From Lama glama (Eukaryota), in assembly GCA_028534125.1 (NCBI GenBank), contig CM052816.1, forward strand, positions 86,430,001 to 86,494,000: a DNA stretch of 64,000 bases, written 5' to 3'. Made by a program: the position numbers and the translations under genes. Numbering within the stretch: position 1 is the stretch's first letter; each line of letters opens with the position of its first letter. The notes beneath the pieces were generated by a model. It saw only the letters and a list, made by a program, of their open reading frames with translations. It was not told where the DNA came from and searched no databases. Below are positions 26,880 through 39,827 of this stretch, piece after piece.

Positions 26880-27180
26880 ATCTTGGGGATAATAATCTGG
26901 GTCCATTTTGGTATGGGTGTGTGAATCCAGGAGGATTTTTCTTTTATTTTGATGGCAGAGTAGGTGGCTAGCAGTACATTATAAGGTCCTTCCCGGCAAG
27001 GTGGCAATGCCTGTTTCCTTCCAAAGCCCTTGATGTAGACCTGGTCTCCTGGTTGAAAGGGATGGCAAGTATTGTCAGTCTGTGGAGATCATGCTCCTTT
27101 CACCTGCTGGCAACATGCTCCAAGTATACCAGTTAGTTCTTGTATATAGCTAGTCATGGCTTCAGGCCATTCATGTAAAT
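26880..27180 (-). pseudogene. ERV1 pol remnant: integrase C-terminal domain
   Basis: HPFQPGDQVYIKGFGRKQALPPCREGPYNVLLATYSAIKIKEKSSWIH (27064 to 26921) is the gammaretroviral IN C-terminal GPY..WIH motif. Confidence 0.88.
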
Positions 27181-27354
27181 TTCACAGTATTCACTTAAGC
27201 CAGGAATGGAAGGTTCAGTGATGCCAGTAGGCATAACAATTAGACATAAAAGGGATTTTAGGAAAGACCCATCAAGAAACTGGACTTCAATGGACAGAAG
27301 CATAGTTCTGGGATACTCCAAATAGGTGACATGGATTAAACTCTTTTGAAATAA

Positions 27355-27845
27355 GTTTGGACCCTGATACCACAGGGTCTAATTGGCATGAGTAATATGT
27401 TATAGGACGTCTCTAAGAGGCAAAAGATTGTCCTAAAATACCTGCAGCAATCCCATTATTATCACGGCAGTAAAGATGAAAGGGTTTGTCAAATTAGGTA
27501 AGCTCAGAGCAAGGAATGTGGCTAATGTTAATTTTAAAGCTTCAAAGGGGATTAATGCCTCTGAAGCTCAGGAAATTGGCTTTGGGTAGTGTCCGGGACG
27601 ATGGCATAGGGTGGTCCAGCAAGGCCAGAAAACTCAGGAACCCACTGGCTACAATAGCCAGGTGCTCCTAGAAATGTATGTACCTTTTTTTTAAATTTGG
27701 GGGAGCAGGATGGACAAAATTGACTCCAGGATCTTTGGGGTGAACCTTTGAATGCCCCACATCTCAGTCTCATGTCCTCAGTGGGCAACAGTGGTTTATA
27801 CTCATGGACTCCTTCAGCTAGTGCCTTTAGGTCTTCAGAGACCTA
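27355..27845 (-). pseudogene. ERV1 pol remnant: RT thumb and connection domain
   Basis: KKKVHTFLGAPGYCSQWVPEFSGLAGPPY, then FEALKLTLATFLALSLPN/PFHLYCRDNNGIAAGILGQSFAS*RRPITYYSCQLDPVVSG. Confidence 0.85.
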
Positions 27846-27849
27846 ACAA

Positions 27850-28300
27850 AGAGTCTCACAAATTCAGGTGAAAAAAATGAGCTAAATATCAAAAAACAAA
27901 ATATAAAATTATACTGAAGGGCAGCTATATGTCCTTAATAAATAGAGTTACATCAATTTTTGAGAATAAGAAGTGTTCATGTTTAAGATGATACTCTTCC
28001 CAATTTAATCTGTGAATTCATTGCAATTCCAATCAAATTTTTAGCAAGATTTTTGTTCTTTATTTATTTTAGTTTTTTAATAGAAAGTAACATGCTGATG
28101 TAAAAACATGTGTGGGAAGGACTAAGAACCCCAAGACAATTTTTTTAAAAGACAGATAGGAAGGTACTTATTTGAACGGATATTAACAATCATTGCAAAG
28201 TTTCAGAGATTGAGTGTTATTAGTAATAATGTCAATTATTGGTGCCAATAGACAAATAGAGCAAAATAGAAAGCTCTAAAATATACCCTTGGTTACATAA
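27850..28300 (+). mobile_element. Degraded L1 ORF2 fragment (continues at ~29760-30300)
   Basis: ttcccaatttaatctgtgaattcattgcaattccaatcaaa and similar sense L1 ORF2 motifs on both sides of the retrocopy. Confidence 0.65.
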
Positions 28301-28302
28301 AA

Positions 28303-29722
28303 ATTTTTGCTTTTTTCTTTGGAGGAACATCAGTTTTATTGGGCGCTTGTGCTTAATAACATGAGGGCATGCACCCCCAAAGAGGGGATTGAGCTCTGCC
28401 CAGTCACTGCTGGTGGAAGACATGTAAGGGCCCAAGACCAGGCCGGCCAGCTCCCTCAGACAGCCACCAAGCCCAGTTGTGAAGCCTCAACCAATGGCTA
28501 CTGCAGTGAATGTCCAGTGTCCTGGGTTAGGAAGCAGCAGAGGTCATGGGTCACCCAGGGTGGGCCACACAAAAAGCCAGGGTGCTACTGAGTGGACAGA
28601 GGGAGGGGCATCTCCCTGTCCCTCTGGAAATATCCTGAGACCCAAGCCAGACTGGCCCCTTGGTGGCCCATCCTCAGGCCTGCCCCGAGTTCCTGGGCAG
28701 CCACACTCCTTCTCTTCAGGGGCTCTCCAGTCCTGTTACTAAGTCCAAACTCATTCTGCTCACCGCACAACAGGCCAACAATTGGAGACAGGTGTTGAGG
28801 CAAGGAATATTGACTTTATTTGAAAAGTCAACAGACAGAAAAGATGACAGACTAATGTCCTGGAGATCCATCTTCCCCAAGTCAGAATTCAGGCTCCATA
28901 TATATTAAAAAGGGGAGGGGATGTGGTTGGTTGTTGCAAATTTCTTGGGGTCAGGATCCTTTGTTCTTGCAGCTGTCCATGTAGATCAGGTCGTGATGTT
29001 CCTGAAAACTTCCAAGACAAATGTTATTCTCTGTAATGCAACTTTTTATCTCTCTATGAATGCAAAAGTGTTCTACCCTTAAACATTAGAGCCTTGAGAA
29101 TGGGCTATCCTGTGTATTTGAGGCTATAGGCAACATTCTTTTACAAAAGGAGCAGAACCAGTATGACTAAGCACAAGAAACAGAGCACATGATTGGAGCT
29201 AAAGGAACAAATCTAATATGGAGTCAGATTTGTTCTTCCCTATTACAGTCCTGCCTCTGGGCCTCGCCGCCCCACCATCCAAGAGTGGGAGCAGGCTCCA
29301 GGCTGGCCAGCGTGGCTGACCATATACACCTCATCCTGGGACGCAGTCCAGTGGGGGCCAGGCTGCCCTGGCAGGTTCAGGGAGTGCCAGGCAGAAGGTA
29401 GGCTCCAAAAGTGAGGTGGCTCCTAGGATGTGGATAACTGCAACCTGGCATGTTCTGGGGATGCCACGTCCATCGTGGACTTCTGGACGCCAAGGGCCAT
29501 GAAGGAGAGTTGACTACAACAATGCTGAAGACCAGACTGGTGGCCATGTTGTTGAGGAAACCCAGCTCAGCATGCTTGGCCAGGTGGTTGACATTGTGCT
29601 TAACCCATGAAGATATGCAACACCAGGGAGTTGGGGAAGGCGAGCTGGGGCCTTACTCGATAACCTTCACCTGGGAGGCATTTGTCATCTGCATCATGAT
29701 GCAACACACCCTCCATACTGCC
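28303..29722 (-). pseudogene. 5'-truncated processed pseudogene (parent not identified), interrupted by a solo LTR
   Basis: GC-rich island in AT-rich L1 DNA. On -: a codon-like segment (VNHLAKHAELGFLNNMATSLVFSIVVVN / FMALGVQKSTMDVASPEHARLQLSTS*), a UTR-like stretch, AATAAA at ~28335-28340 and a degenerate poly(A) at 28303-28320. Confidence 0.7.
28734..29247 (-). mobile_element. ERV1-type solo LTR, 514 bp
   Basis: TGTTA...TTACA termini and a perfect 4-bp TSD gtcc at 28730-28733 and 29248-29251. AATAAA on - (gactttattt near 28813) and a TATA-like AT run near 28900. Confidence 0.88.
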
Positions 29723-30304
29723 CTTATTGTTAGCCTAACAAATCAAAACAGATAGATAAATAGACAAATAAATAAATAAAAATACCTGTAATTATATAGA
29801 AATTTTTAGATGAAAGAGTTGTAACTAAAATCAATGCTTTGTTAAATAACTATTTTAAATCCTTATTAGAAAATGATCTGTTGCTAACACCACACACACA
29901 CACAACATTCAGATGGTAAAAGTGAGCTAAATGTCAAAGAAAGTTTTAAAAAAATTAAAAGTGAAGAGACTATATGAAACCGTGAATGTGACTTTGGGTT
30001 AGGCAATATTTCTTGATTAAGATACAAAAAAGAATAACCATAAAAGAAATGATTAATAAAATTAACCACATTGAAATTAATATTTTTTAAGACCAAAGAA
30101 ACTGTTACCAATGTTAAAGGAAACATCCTGGAACAAAAGAAGACACTTGTAATGATACAACAACAAAGCAGTAATATTTAGATGTATGAAGAATTTCTTA
30201 CAAATTGAGAAGACAATGACAGAGCAAGAGAAACATAGGAAAGAAAAGATCTGAATGCACAAAAGAGATACACCGAATTGCCTGCAAAAATTAGGTGAGG
30301 AAGT

Positions 30305-30900
30305 GTGTCTCATTCAAAGGAACAGCAAATGCAAAAACAGGAGATGAAAATAAACTTAGCATGTTTAAGAAACAGGAAGACATGTTTCAGAAACAGTGAG
30401 TTGAAGTGGTTATAGGGAGAATGGAAAGACATGAGATCAATATAACATGTCAGGGCTACATCACAATGTTGTTGTAAATGAGGGTAAAGCATTTAGACTG
30501 TTGGAAATGTGATGTCGTGGGTGGGTTTGGAGCAGAGTAGTGGCATGAAACAATTTGTTTTTTTAAATGACTTCTCTGGCTATTGGGTGGAAAGTAACCA
30601 CAGAAGGATGGAAATAGAAATGGGGAGACTAGGTGGAAACTTCAGTGACAGATTTCAATTACTTGTGTTAGAATGGCAGCAGTGGAGACTCTGAGAAACA
30701 GCTGGAAGTACACTGGAAGTCCAAAAGGATTTGCTCATGGAATAAATGGGTAGAGTAGGGAGGAGAAAATTTCAATGACCCCTAGGATTTTAGTTTGAAA
30801 AACTGGCTTGATAATCATGCAGTTTACTAAAATGAGAAGATTGATTTCTGGAAAGGGTGGAGATGAAGCATTCTGTTTAGGACAAGTACTATTATGCAAA
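30305..30900. mobile_element. L2 LINE fragment
   Basis: aaaggaacagcaaatgcaaaa...tgacttctctggctattgggtggaaagt...aggattttagtttgaaaaactgg are typical L2 remnants. Confidence 0.55.
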
Positions 30901-31349
30901 TTGTAAAAATATAAAATATAGGAAACAAAATGCACCCGACTTCAAGATGATGCCTTGTAGAAGGCTATAAGACAAGGAATGATAGGACAGAGAAAGCTTC
31001 AATTGATGAATTACAGTTTATTTTAATTTTATTTTCTTTCTTAAAGCAGAAAGGATCCACCATAAATTGGACAAAATTTTGACATTTATGGAACCCTGGC
31101 ACTCACTTGTTTGTTTTATTATTCTCTATGTTTTTCTTTATATTCCATTATATTGGCATCCATTTCCTTTGGGAATTATAACCAGACTTATAAGCCTGGA
31201 GTTGACGGGGGGTGAAGGGGTGGAGTCTGATGAAGGGTGGGATAGCTTCAAGATAAATTATGCTAACTTTGTATTCAGGAATAATAATCATGCAGAAAAA
31301 TGTGCATAACAAAACTGCACAATTCAGTATATTTTCTCATTTATTTTCA

Positions 31350-32550
31350 CAAACCAGCTTAAATTTAGAATACTTCAAAATTGTATCCCCTCTTCTTTAT
31401 TTCTATTGTGTTATTGTCATGTGCTTTCTGTCAGCATCCAAAGATATTATTATTATTGTTTTGTATATTCAGTAATCATTTATATTTACCACATAATTGC
31501 AGTTCTGGTGTTTTCATTCCCTTCACAAGTTTTATTTGGGATCATTTTGTTCTGTGAAAACTTCAGTTTAACATTCCTTTTACTGAATGCCTAAGGGGGT
31601 AAATACCCTTAGTTTTTGTCCAAGAAAATACTTATTTCACCTTCCTTTGTGAAGCCTACTTTTGCACAGTGTAGAATTTCAGGTAGCTAGTCATTTTCTA
31701 TCACTGCTTTAAGATGTCATTCCACTGTATTTTGACTTCCATCATTCTGTTGAGAACAGACAGTCAGACAAATACTTGCTGCTTTGGAGTTGATGTATCC
31801 TTTTCTTCTGAATACGTTTACAGCTTTCTCTATGTTTTCAAATTTCAAAAAGTGACTATAATGGGGATGGTTGTTGTTTTACTTCTACTTATCCTTTTGG
31901 AATTCCTCAGATCTTACAGAATCTGTTGGTTGATATCTTTCACTAGTTTTTAAAAATTCGTACCCATTTTTCTTTTAAATATAATTTGTGTTCCATTCTC
32001 CTTTCTCTTTCTGGGAACCCAATTTCATGTATGTTGCAAATTTGATTCTGTTTAACAAGCATCCTATGATCTTACCTATTTTTTTCTCATAATGTTTTCT
32101 GCCTGCATTTCAGTTTATGTATTTTTTATATACATAACTCCATGTTGGCCATCTCTGTTTATGTTCCAGAAGGCTAATCTTGTATTTTATCATATCCAAT
32201 CTGCTATGAAAACTTTCTATAGATTTATGAATATCAGGCACTTTATTTTTGGTTTAAAATGATATTTTGATTCTCTCCTCAGTCTATTTTCATCTGTTCT
32301 TTCCATCTTTTTCTTACATTTTCACATGTATTATGCATGGTCGCATGGTTATCTTTCAGTTTTGTCTGCTAAATACAATATGTTAATCATATATAGTCTC
32401 TTTCTACTCTGTTTTTACTCTTATATAGGTCATATGATCTTGCCTTTTTGCATGGATACTTATTACCACATTACTATGTATAATGGGTTATTTTTCACTG
32501 CAAAGTTTTTGTTGTTGTTGTTTTTGTTTATTGGATTATTTGCTTATCAT
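31350..32550 (-). mobile_element. Old L1M fragment (ORF1 region, antisense)
   Basis: T-rich antisense L1 motifs such as cactgctttaagatgtcattccactgtattttgacttcc. Confidence 0.6.
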
Positions 32551-32551
32551 C

Positions 32552-33066
32552 TGTAATCACTAATTTTATGTGTCAACCTAACTAGGATGTGGTGACCAGT
32601 TGTTTGGTCAAACACTAGTCTCACTAGTCTAGATGTCGCTATGGAGGTATTTTTTTTTTTAGATGAACCTTTATAATGAATCTTTATAATCAGTAAAATA
32701 TAATTAAAGCAGGTTACTCTCCATAATGTGGGTGGCCCTCATCCAATCAGCTGAAGACCTTAAGAGCAAAAACTGAAGTTTCCCAAAGGAAAATGACTTC
32801 AGCCTCAAAACTTTAATATAGAAACCCTGTCTGAGTTTCTAGTCTACTGACCTGTCCTGTGGATTTATAACTCAGGATTGCAACAGCTACTCTAACCTGA
32901 ATTTTGAGATACTCTGCTGTCCTTTCCTATGGATTCCAGACTTTGTAGCTTCCACAACCCCATGAGCCAATTCCTTAAAATGATCTGATCAATAGGTAGA
33001 TATAAAGAAAAATAGATATAGATACAGACATTAATATAGATTCTCTATTGGTTCTATTTCTTTGGT
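32552..33066 (+). mobile_element. MLT2B-type ERVL LTR
   Basis: taattttatgtgtcaacc...tttggtcaaacactagtc...ctccataatgtgggtggccctcatccaatcagctgaagaccttaagagcaaaaactga...ctattggttctatttc. Confidence 0.8.
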
Positions 33067-36000
33067 TATAAAGCAATTAATATATCACTACAATTCAATC
33101 AGAGATTGAGGAAGATCAGGCTAAATTGCCATTTGGAAAGCTTACGTCTACCACTGTTCATCCTTTTTCCAAGAGGGTGAAACCTTTTCTATCTCTCTTG
33201 TCTCCAAATTCTTCAGACTATTTAGTTCCTCCCTTCAGAAATTCTCAGCCTCTTTTTCATTTGCTTGATGCTGCTGCAACGACTGACAGAAGCCTCCAGG
33301 AAGGAATAAGCTGTGTGCTTTGCCACTTTGCATGAAGAACAGAGCATTTCTTGCTTTCTTTTCTCTCCTGCAGTGGCCATTTTTCAAGGGACCAAGTCTG
33401 TATTTTCAGCCTAGAGAGGCACTGAGAATTGTTGAATACCCCTAGGTGTGAAGGCCCTATAGATCCTCAGGCTCAATGTGACATTCTCTGGAGGGCTTTC
33501 AGATTTCATCTATTCATGAGTCTTTTTTTTTTTTCTTCAACCTAAGAATCACAAATCTCTGGGGATGTGACAATTACATTCTGGCTTTCAGAAGCTTTCA
33601 GCCTGGCCCTTAGCCATCTACAGAATCATAATTCAACAAATATTTTACGGAAAGACTGGCAAAGCATTTGAAGACCTTCACTTCCCCATATTTCTACTCC
33701 AATGCCATGTGAACTCTAAAATCTTTTCTGGTTTCTTTTATTCCAGAGGTACCTTCCTCTTGGGCAATCAAATTGCCCTGGGGAGAAAAAACAGCTGCCA
33801 GTCCTCAGGTCACCTTCGAACAACCCTCTCCTCCCAGGTTTTAGTCCATTCAGTTCCTGTTGTCTACACAGCAATGTGGCCTTGACAGTATAATTTTTTT
33901 CTTTCTTTCTTTGTAAGTCCAGTGGGATGTTCTGTATGTTGTCAGTGGGAATGCCATCCTGCTATTATTACCCAACAACCTCATCCTACTCTTAATTAAA
34001 TTACAGCTGTCTGCAGTGACTTACCATACAGTTTTAGAGAGAAATTAGGATTTGCATTTCTATCCCTGGCTCCTCACTGAAAAATTTAAATATGTCTACT
34101 GGTAATCCGAGTGTGTATCATCTCCCACTGAGCCAGTCTCATAGTTAACTGGAATTTCTATCCAATTTATAGCCCCAATCTTTTTCGATATGAAGAATAA
34201 GAATTTATTTATCTACATTCGTGCTTCCAATGTAGAGCAATTGCTGATCCCCACTTCTCATTATGGACTTCTAATTCCATTTCACTCCATTCAGAAGATT
34301 CAGACTTTCCATAGCGGTGGCACAAATGGTGCTTCTTTATTATGTCAGTGACATTTGATTCTGATGTCCATTTTCTCCTACAAATAAATAATCTTTTATT
34401 ATGTACTGTGAAGTGTTGGGAGTCTGTATGAATAGAAAACCTGCCTGTCATCCTCAAAATAGATTTGTAGTTCCATAAAGATTTATAAAAATAGTAGTTC
34501 AAAATTTGTAGTTGTTATAAAGTTTTATATGTTTATGCATATACATAATTTTATATGTGTGTATATATATATTGAACACAGACACAAATTATAATTGAGG
34601 CACAAAAGAAGGAGCTCAATTCAGCCTTATAAAGGACTTTGAAAAGTGCTTTATATAAGAGATAAGACATAAATAGGATCTTTACTGGGGGTAAGAATTT
34701 TCAGACTGGATATATCAAGATAGTGGGGAAGGAGACAAGTTGTAGAGACGTGATATTTTCAGATAAGTTTGGGGACCAGGTTTCCTCATCTGATGAGGAT
34801 ATGAATGTCTCTTAGACAAATGAGCAACCTCCTGTCCTGAGGAGAACATTTCTTTTGATTTCTCATTTCCTTTTTTGTCTGTGTATGGAAAAACATATAA
34901 AATCTGCCTAGAACAGGGGTTGTTAAATTTAGCGCTCTGTGGCCGTACTTCAGAGGCTATGTATGCTCCCTGACACCGCATATAACATTATTTTTGTATT
35001 TTTTACAACACACACAATTTTTTTGATAGCATTCATAGACCTTTTTTAGATTCTCATTTCAGTCAGTGCCCCCCAAAATCCAATAAAGGTAAAGATCCAA
35101 ACTCTTGTTCATTTTTCCCCTCCTTGACCATAGCCCCCTAGAGACAGCAGGCAGCCGCCTGGTCCTTCTCCTCTGGGCATCCAATTACATACTTGTCACT
35201 CTATAGTTTTTAAGATAAAAGCATCTTTGCAAGCCTTAGAAACCCAACAGCTTCAAATACTGCCTCTGTAGCAAAAATCTCCAAAACTTCTAAGTCCTGA
35301 AATACCACACATAGAATTCTCATCACTCTCTTCAATTTAGTTTAGTTCAATCCAATTCAAGAAATACTTATTTAAATAAACTCCTTCAAAGCATACCCTT
35401 CCCTGGCTGTCTCCTTCCTTTCAGACCTCCTGTCATCATGCCTTTCTTGGTGAAAATGAGAGAGAAAACAAGTCTCTGCAGCCTCTGTAGCCCATAGGAA
35501 AAAAGAGATGATTGTCCTTTATTATTTCTTCTCTGATTTCTGTAGACCTTATTAATCATAAATGAATCCCTTGGTTTTAAATATTCTGCATTTACATGGC
35601 AATTTTTTAGATATGAATTTGCACATATTCCTATAGAAATCTAAGATGCTTAAGACTTCTCTAAGTTATGGGGAAAAATAAGGTGTGAAATGTTCACTGC
35701 AAGGGAGTATTCTGCATAATTTATCGATGTTCAAAACTGTAAGAAGGAAGATGCCAGGCTTCTAAAAGAAAAGGAACCTTGTCTAAAATATCTCCCCAAT
35801 AACTCTCTTTGGAAAGGAAAACTAATGCAACAATTAGAAAGAATGTGTCTACTGTGCATTGTACGTACTATTTAAGGTCTTGAAGCAGATACCTCCCTAT
35901 AAAAGGATGTTTATGGAAAATTTAAGTCAATGTCTCCAGTGTAATCTTGGTATCTCTACAGTACAGGAAAGAAATGAACACCAGCTGAGACACTGTAAAA

Positions 36001-39000
36001 ATGTGAATTAGCAGCAGTTCTGGAAGGAGATAGCTTCCAGAATTTTATAGCACTTTCTGATAAGAAGTCTCACCTGCTGCAGGGTCTTGAGTAACCCCTA
36101 ATGGCTTCAAAGAAAGCTCCTTCCTCCGTAAGCTTCACATACTACAGTTCAAGATTTGTAACCCTCTCTTCCTTTTTCCCCTCCAGGCTCAACAAAGTGA
36201 GTAACTACTTATTTATTTCTGACCAGATTGTGTTTACTTGCTTTAACATGCTTTCAGCTGCTTTCTGGTGCTGGGCCATCTTTACTAGTATTTTTTTTTT
36301 ATTGGATGCAAATTTAAAGTTGCTTGACTCAATGGCTTATTTTCCATTTGATATCATGGGACTCACTAGAGCAATTACAGCAAAATGCTGATGGTGATGG
36401 TACCAGAACAGCTTAGCATATTTGCCACATTCTGGATTTTTTAAAAAAAACAAATATAGAAAATATAAGCTGTTTGAAAGATCAGCAGGCATAAAATTAT
36501 CACTGTGCGTTAGAAAATCTATTCAGTAATTTCTGATATTTTAAAGTTAATGAACACACACCCAGGAGAAATTGTTAAACTCAGTGCATCTTTTTGTCTT
36601 TTAGATTCATTTATTAAGATGTATCCTTCAAAGAACTTGTCTAACCATTATACATCTAATCCTAGTAGAACTCTACAAATACAGTTCCAATCTTCTCTAC
36701 TGCCTTTTCCCTGTTCTGGATACCAAACCAAATACCAATGATGATCAGTAACCAAAAAGTACCAAATGGTACCAAATGTGGATGATAAAGAATCTCACAC
36801 AGCAATATAAAATCCTCTGAACTAGTAATCAGACTTTTTTTTACTGGCATTATTGATAAATATAGTTTTTTACTTTATAATACTTGTTCATTTTCTTTTA
36901 GCCAAGGGGAAAAATATAAGCTAAAATATTTGATCAGTTATCCTTCTGGTAACAAATTACTTAAATTCCCTATACTTCATAGATTAATAATTTGATACTT
37001 TTATAATATTCCCAAATTTAATGTGAGGAACTGAAAAATAAAAATGGACTGCTACTAAGAAGTAAAAACATTCCACCAACAAAGCACCACCTATCCTGAA
37101 GTGTAATCTTAATTTAACTTCTGGGTTATAAAAATTGATTAGATCTCAGTTTCTTCCTCTTGAAAGTCAAGATGGCCTTAAACTAGATAAGCCATAAGAC
37201 CCCTTCTTGCTTATAAACTTTGTTTTAGACCAGTATCTTTGAATGTTTATATGAAATGTTATAAAATTATCAAAAACCTGTCATATTTAAAATGACCAGG
37301 CTTTTATTAAATAATTTGTTGTTAAAATATTTATTTAAATTCAGTGGATTATTTACTTTTAATTATTAAATTAATCAATATGAGCAAATGAGTTATAATT
37401 AACCACATCTAAATTTAAAAAGTTAAATAATAGGAAAGTGACTTTTAAATGTGCAGCACAGTACCAGTTGTTCTGTTTTCATTAATTGTCATGTATCTTG
37501 CCATGTCCTTTATCTGCTTGTGAATTTACAAGGAACACAGCAGGTTGTGAATTTTTAATAAGCTTTCTTCAAGAAAAGGAAAGGTCAGTATTAACATAAA
37601 ATTCTTCTTAAAGATTTGTGGCACAAATGTTTCACACCGGAGAACAGGTGTTACTGAGGAACTAAAGCCACAATAATCTGACATTTTTTCTGTGTTTAAA
37701 GAAACCTTAATATCTCACATAATAAAATAGCACAAGGTCAAATGAATATAAAATTTATTGCAAAGTCAATGCTGTAAGTTATTTGGCACACGACACATAA
37801 TCTCACTTCTCAGTCACACGAACAACTGATTCTATTCAATTTAATGTTTAGTAAATCCAAGTATTGATACCTAATATCCAAATTAGAAAGGGGAGAGCAA
37901 TGTGATGACAGCTACAGATGTAAGGACTAAGCCTGTCTGATCGTTACTTAGTAAATGAGTTAGGATGTAAAATTAAACTCTACCACACAAGAGGTGAGGG
38001 AGAGACAATACCAGGATAAGGTGGGAAGAGTATGGGAAGGAAGAAATAAAACAAGAAAGAGAAACTTCAACAGAAGAGGGGGAGCTTAGGTACAAGACTA
38101 TAATTAAAGAACTTTGTCCGTTGGCATCTTTCTGTAGCTTACAGGAAATCATCAATGTCATCATGCCTGTTAGGAGTTTTCTTGGCTCTCACCAGGTCCA
38201 TCTAGCTGGAGAAAGCAGTTCCCCAGGTCAGGATATCTAGAAATGCATCTCTCTGCCTTACAGTACTTATCTGTTGTAGTCTTTTTACTTGTCCAGTTCT
38301 CAAATATGTTTATTTTAATAATATTTTGATAAACTTCAACTAATATCAAGTCCCTACATATGGTCATTTTTGTCCTTTTATTCTAGCATCAGTGTTCGGT
38401 TGTCTCCCTCTGCGAGAGAAGAATGTACTTTTCTTTTATGCAAGCTCTAATGGTTCAAGAAAAAATTATTAATTTTAAGTTTGGTTTCTTAAAACCAGCA
38501 CATAAATCCATAGGTCTAATTTATGTCTCTTAATTACGAGAAGGTAGAAAGCCTTTCATTTCTGACTCACAAAGCCACAGTCCATCTTCCAAACCTCATC
38601 TCTTTGAATCCTTTACTATCATGTTCAATTTTCTAATCCAGCGGAAGCTCCCACAGTATGCGGTCCAATTACAAGATTTAATTTTCACTCTCTGTAGTAT
38701 CAGTAGAGGTAAAAATCCTGCTGTGATTCATATTCCAAAACTGAGCTTTACGAAAATTAAAACCTCATACTGGCAACTTTTTTGCATGTCGAACTGATTA
38801 GAAAAGCAGAACTTGTCTTAATGATTCTCATTTTGCCTTATATCTGTCTCCAGTCTGAATCTATGTTCTATATTCATCCAGTGTTCTTTATGAGTTGTAA
38901 AATTTGTAAAATGCAAAAACTTTCCCAGGTTTCAACTTCCACTCATCCTTTATCAGGAAGTTCCTATGATATATGCTTAAGGAATCCCCACTCATTCCTG

Positions 39001-39827
39001 TGGGCTAGTGTAGGTGCTATCGTGTGAATTTCCACTACACACTGTGTTTGAATCTCCCATAGCACTGGAACGGAACTGATTTACTTTTAGAACTACCTGA
39101 TTCTTATGAGAATAAATAAACATTCCTCAATTAAAATTGTTGAATGTATAGACAATAGACAGCATAACTGTCTGGTACAATTCACCAAACTATCTGATCA
39201 GATGATCGATATCAATAATCTTTTCTTGAATTATTTTGATTCCCAGACAGAACAGGAAATATGCAATGCTTATGTCTGTCATTTGGAAAATTGCCACAGG
39301 GTTGCACACGCATATAATTGGAAAGTTATGTGCATTTTCAATTACTAAAAAGCTTCAGTCTTGTGACTTTTTCAGAGTGGTTCCCTGGACAACACAGTCG
39401 TATGTTACTTCTGAGAGGGTTTTAGTTAAAAAGCATTTATTTCTTGTTTCTCAATCTTACTTTGTTGTTTATGAGTAGCTAAAAGTGCGGTAAAAACTGT
39501 TTGTTACCTGACTTATATATCTTTTTCTCCAAGGTGCACATTTATTTGGGGTTTTCTTTTTCTGTTATATCTGTCATAATGAGTTATTTGTCCAGAAATC
39601 AGAAAAATGGAGTTTGATCCAAATTTGATGGCTAAATTCTAATTACTACAAACCATTAACAAAAAATAGACTGTTTTTGTAGGCCAGCAGTAGCCAGTAG
39701 TATAATATACTAAGGTGTGTGTGTTTAAAATATTTATTTAATGTAAACAGTTTTGATGTCCGCATAAAAATGTTTTCACAGCCAAATTCATTGACATAAG
39801 CTCTTATGAAGAAAAATAAATTTTCAT

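Noticed and set aside
28734..29247. 5' LTR partner of the 24.5-27.8 kb provirus
   Set aside because: No visible similarity to the 24492-24983 LTR, and it has its own TSD inside the retrocopy.
29370..29620. DRAM/TMEM150-like identity for the retrocopy (IHILGA.LTFG)
   Set aside because: The resemblance is short, needs a frameshift, and the surrounding residues do not agree.
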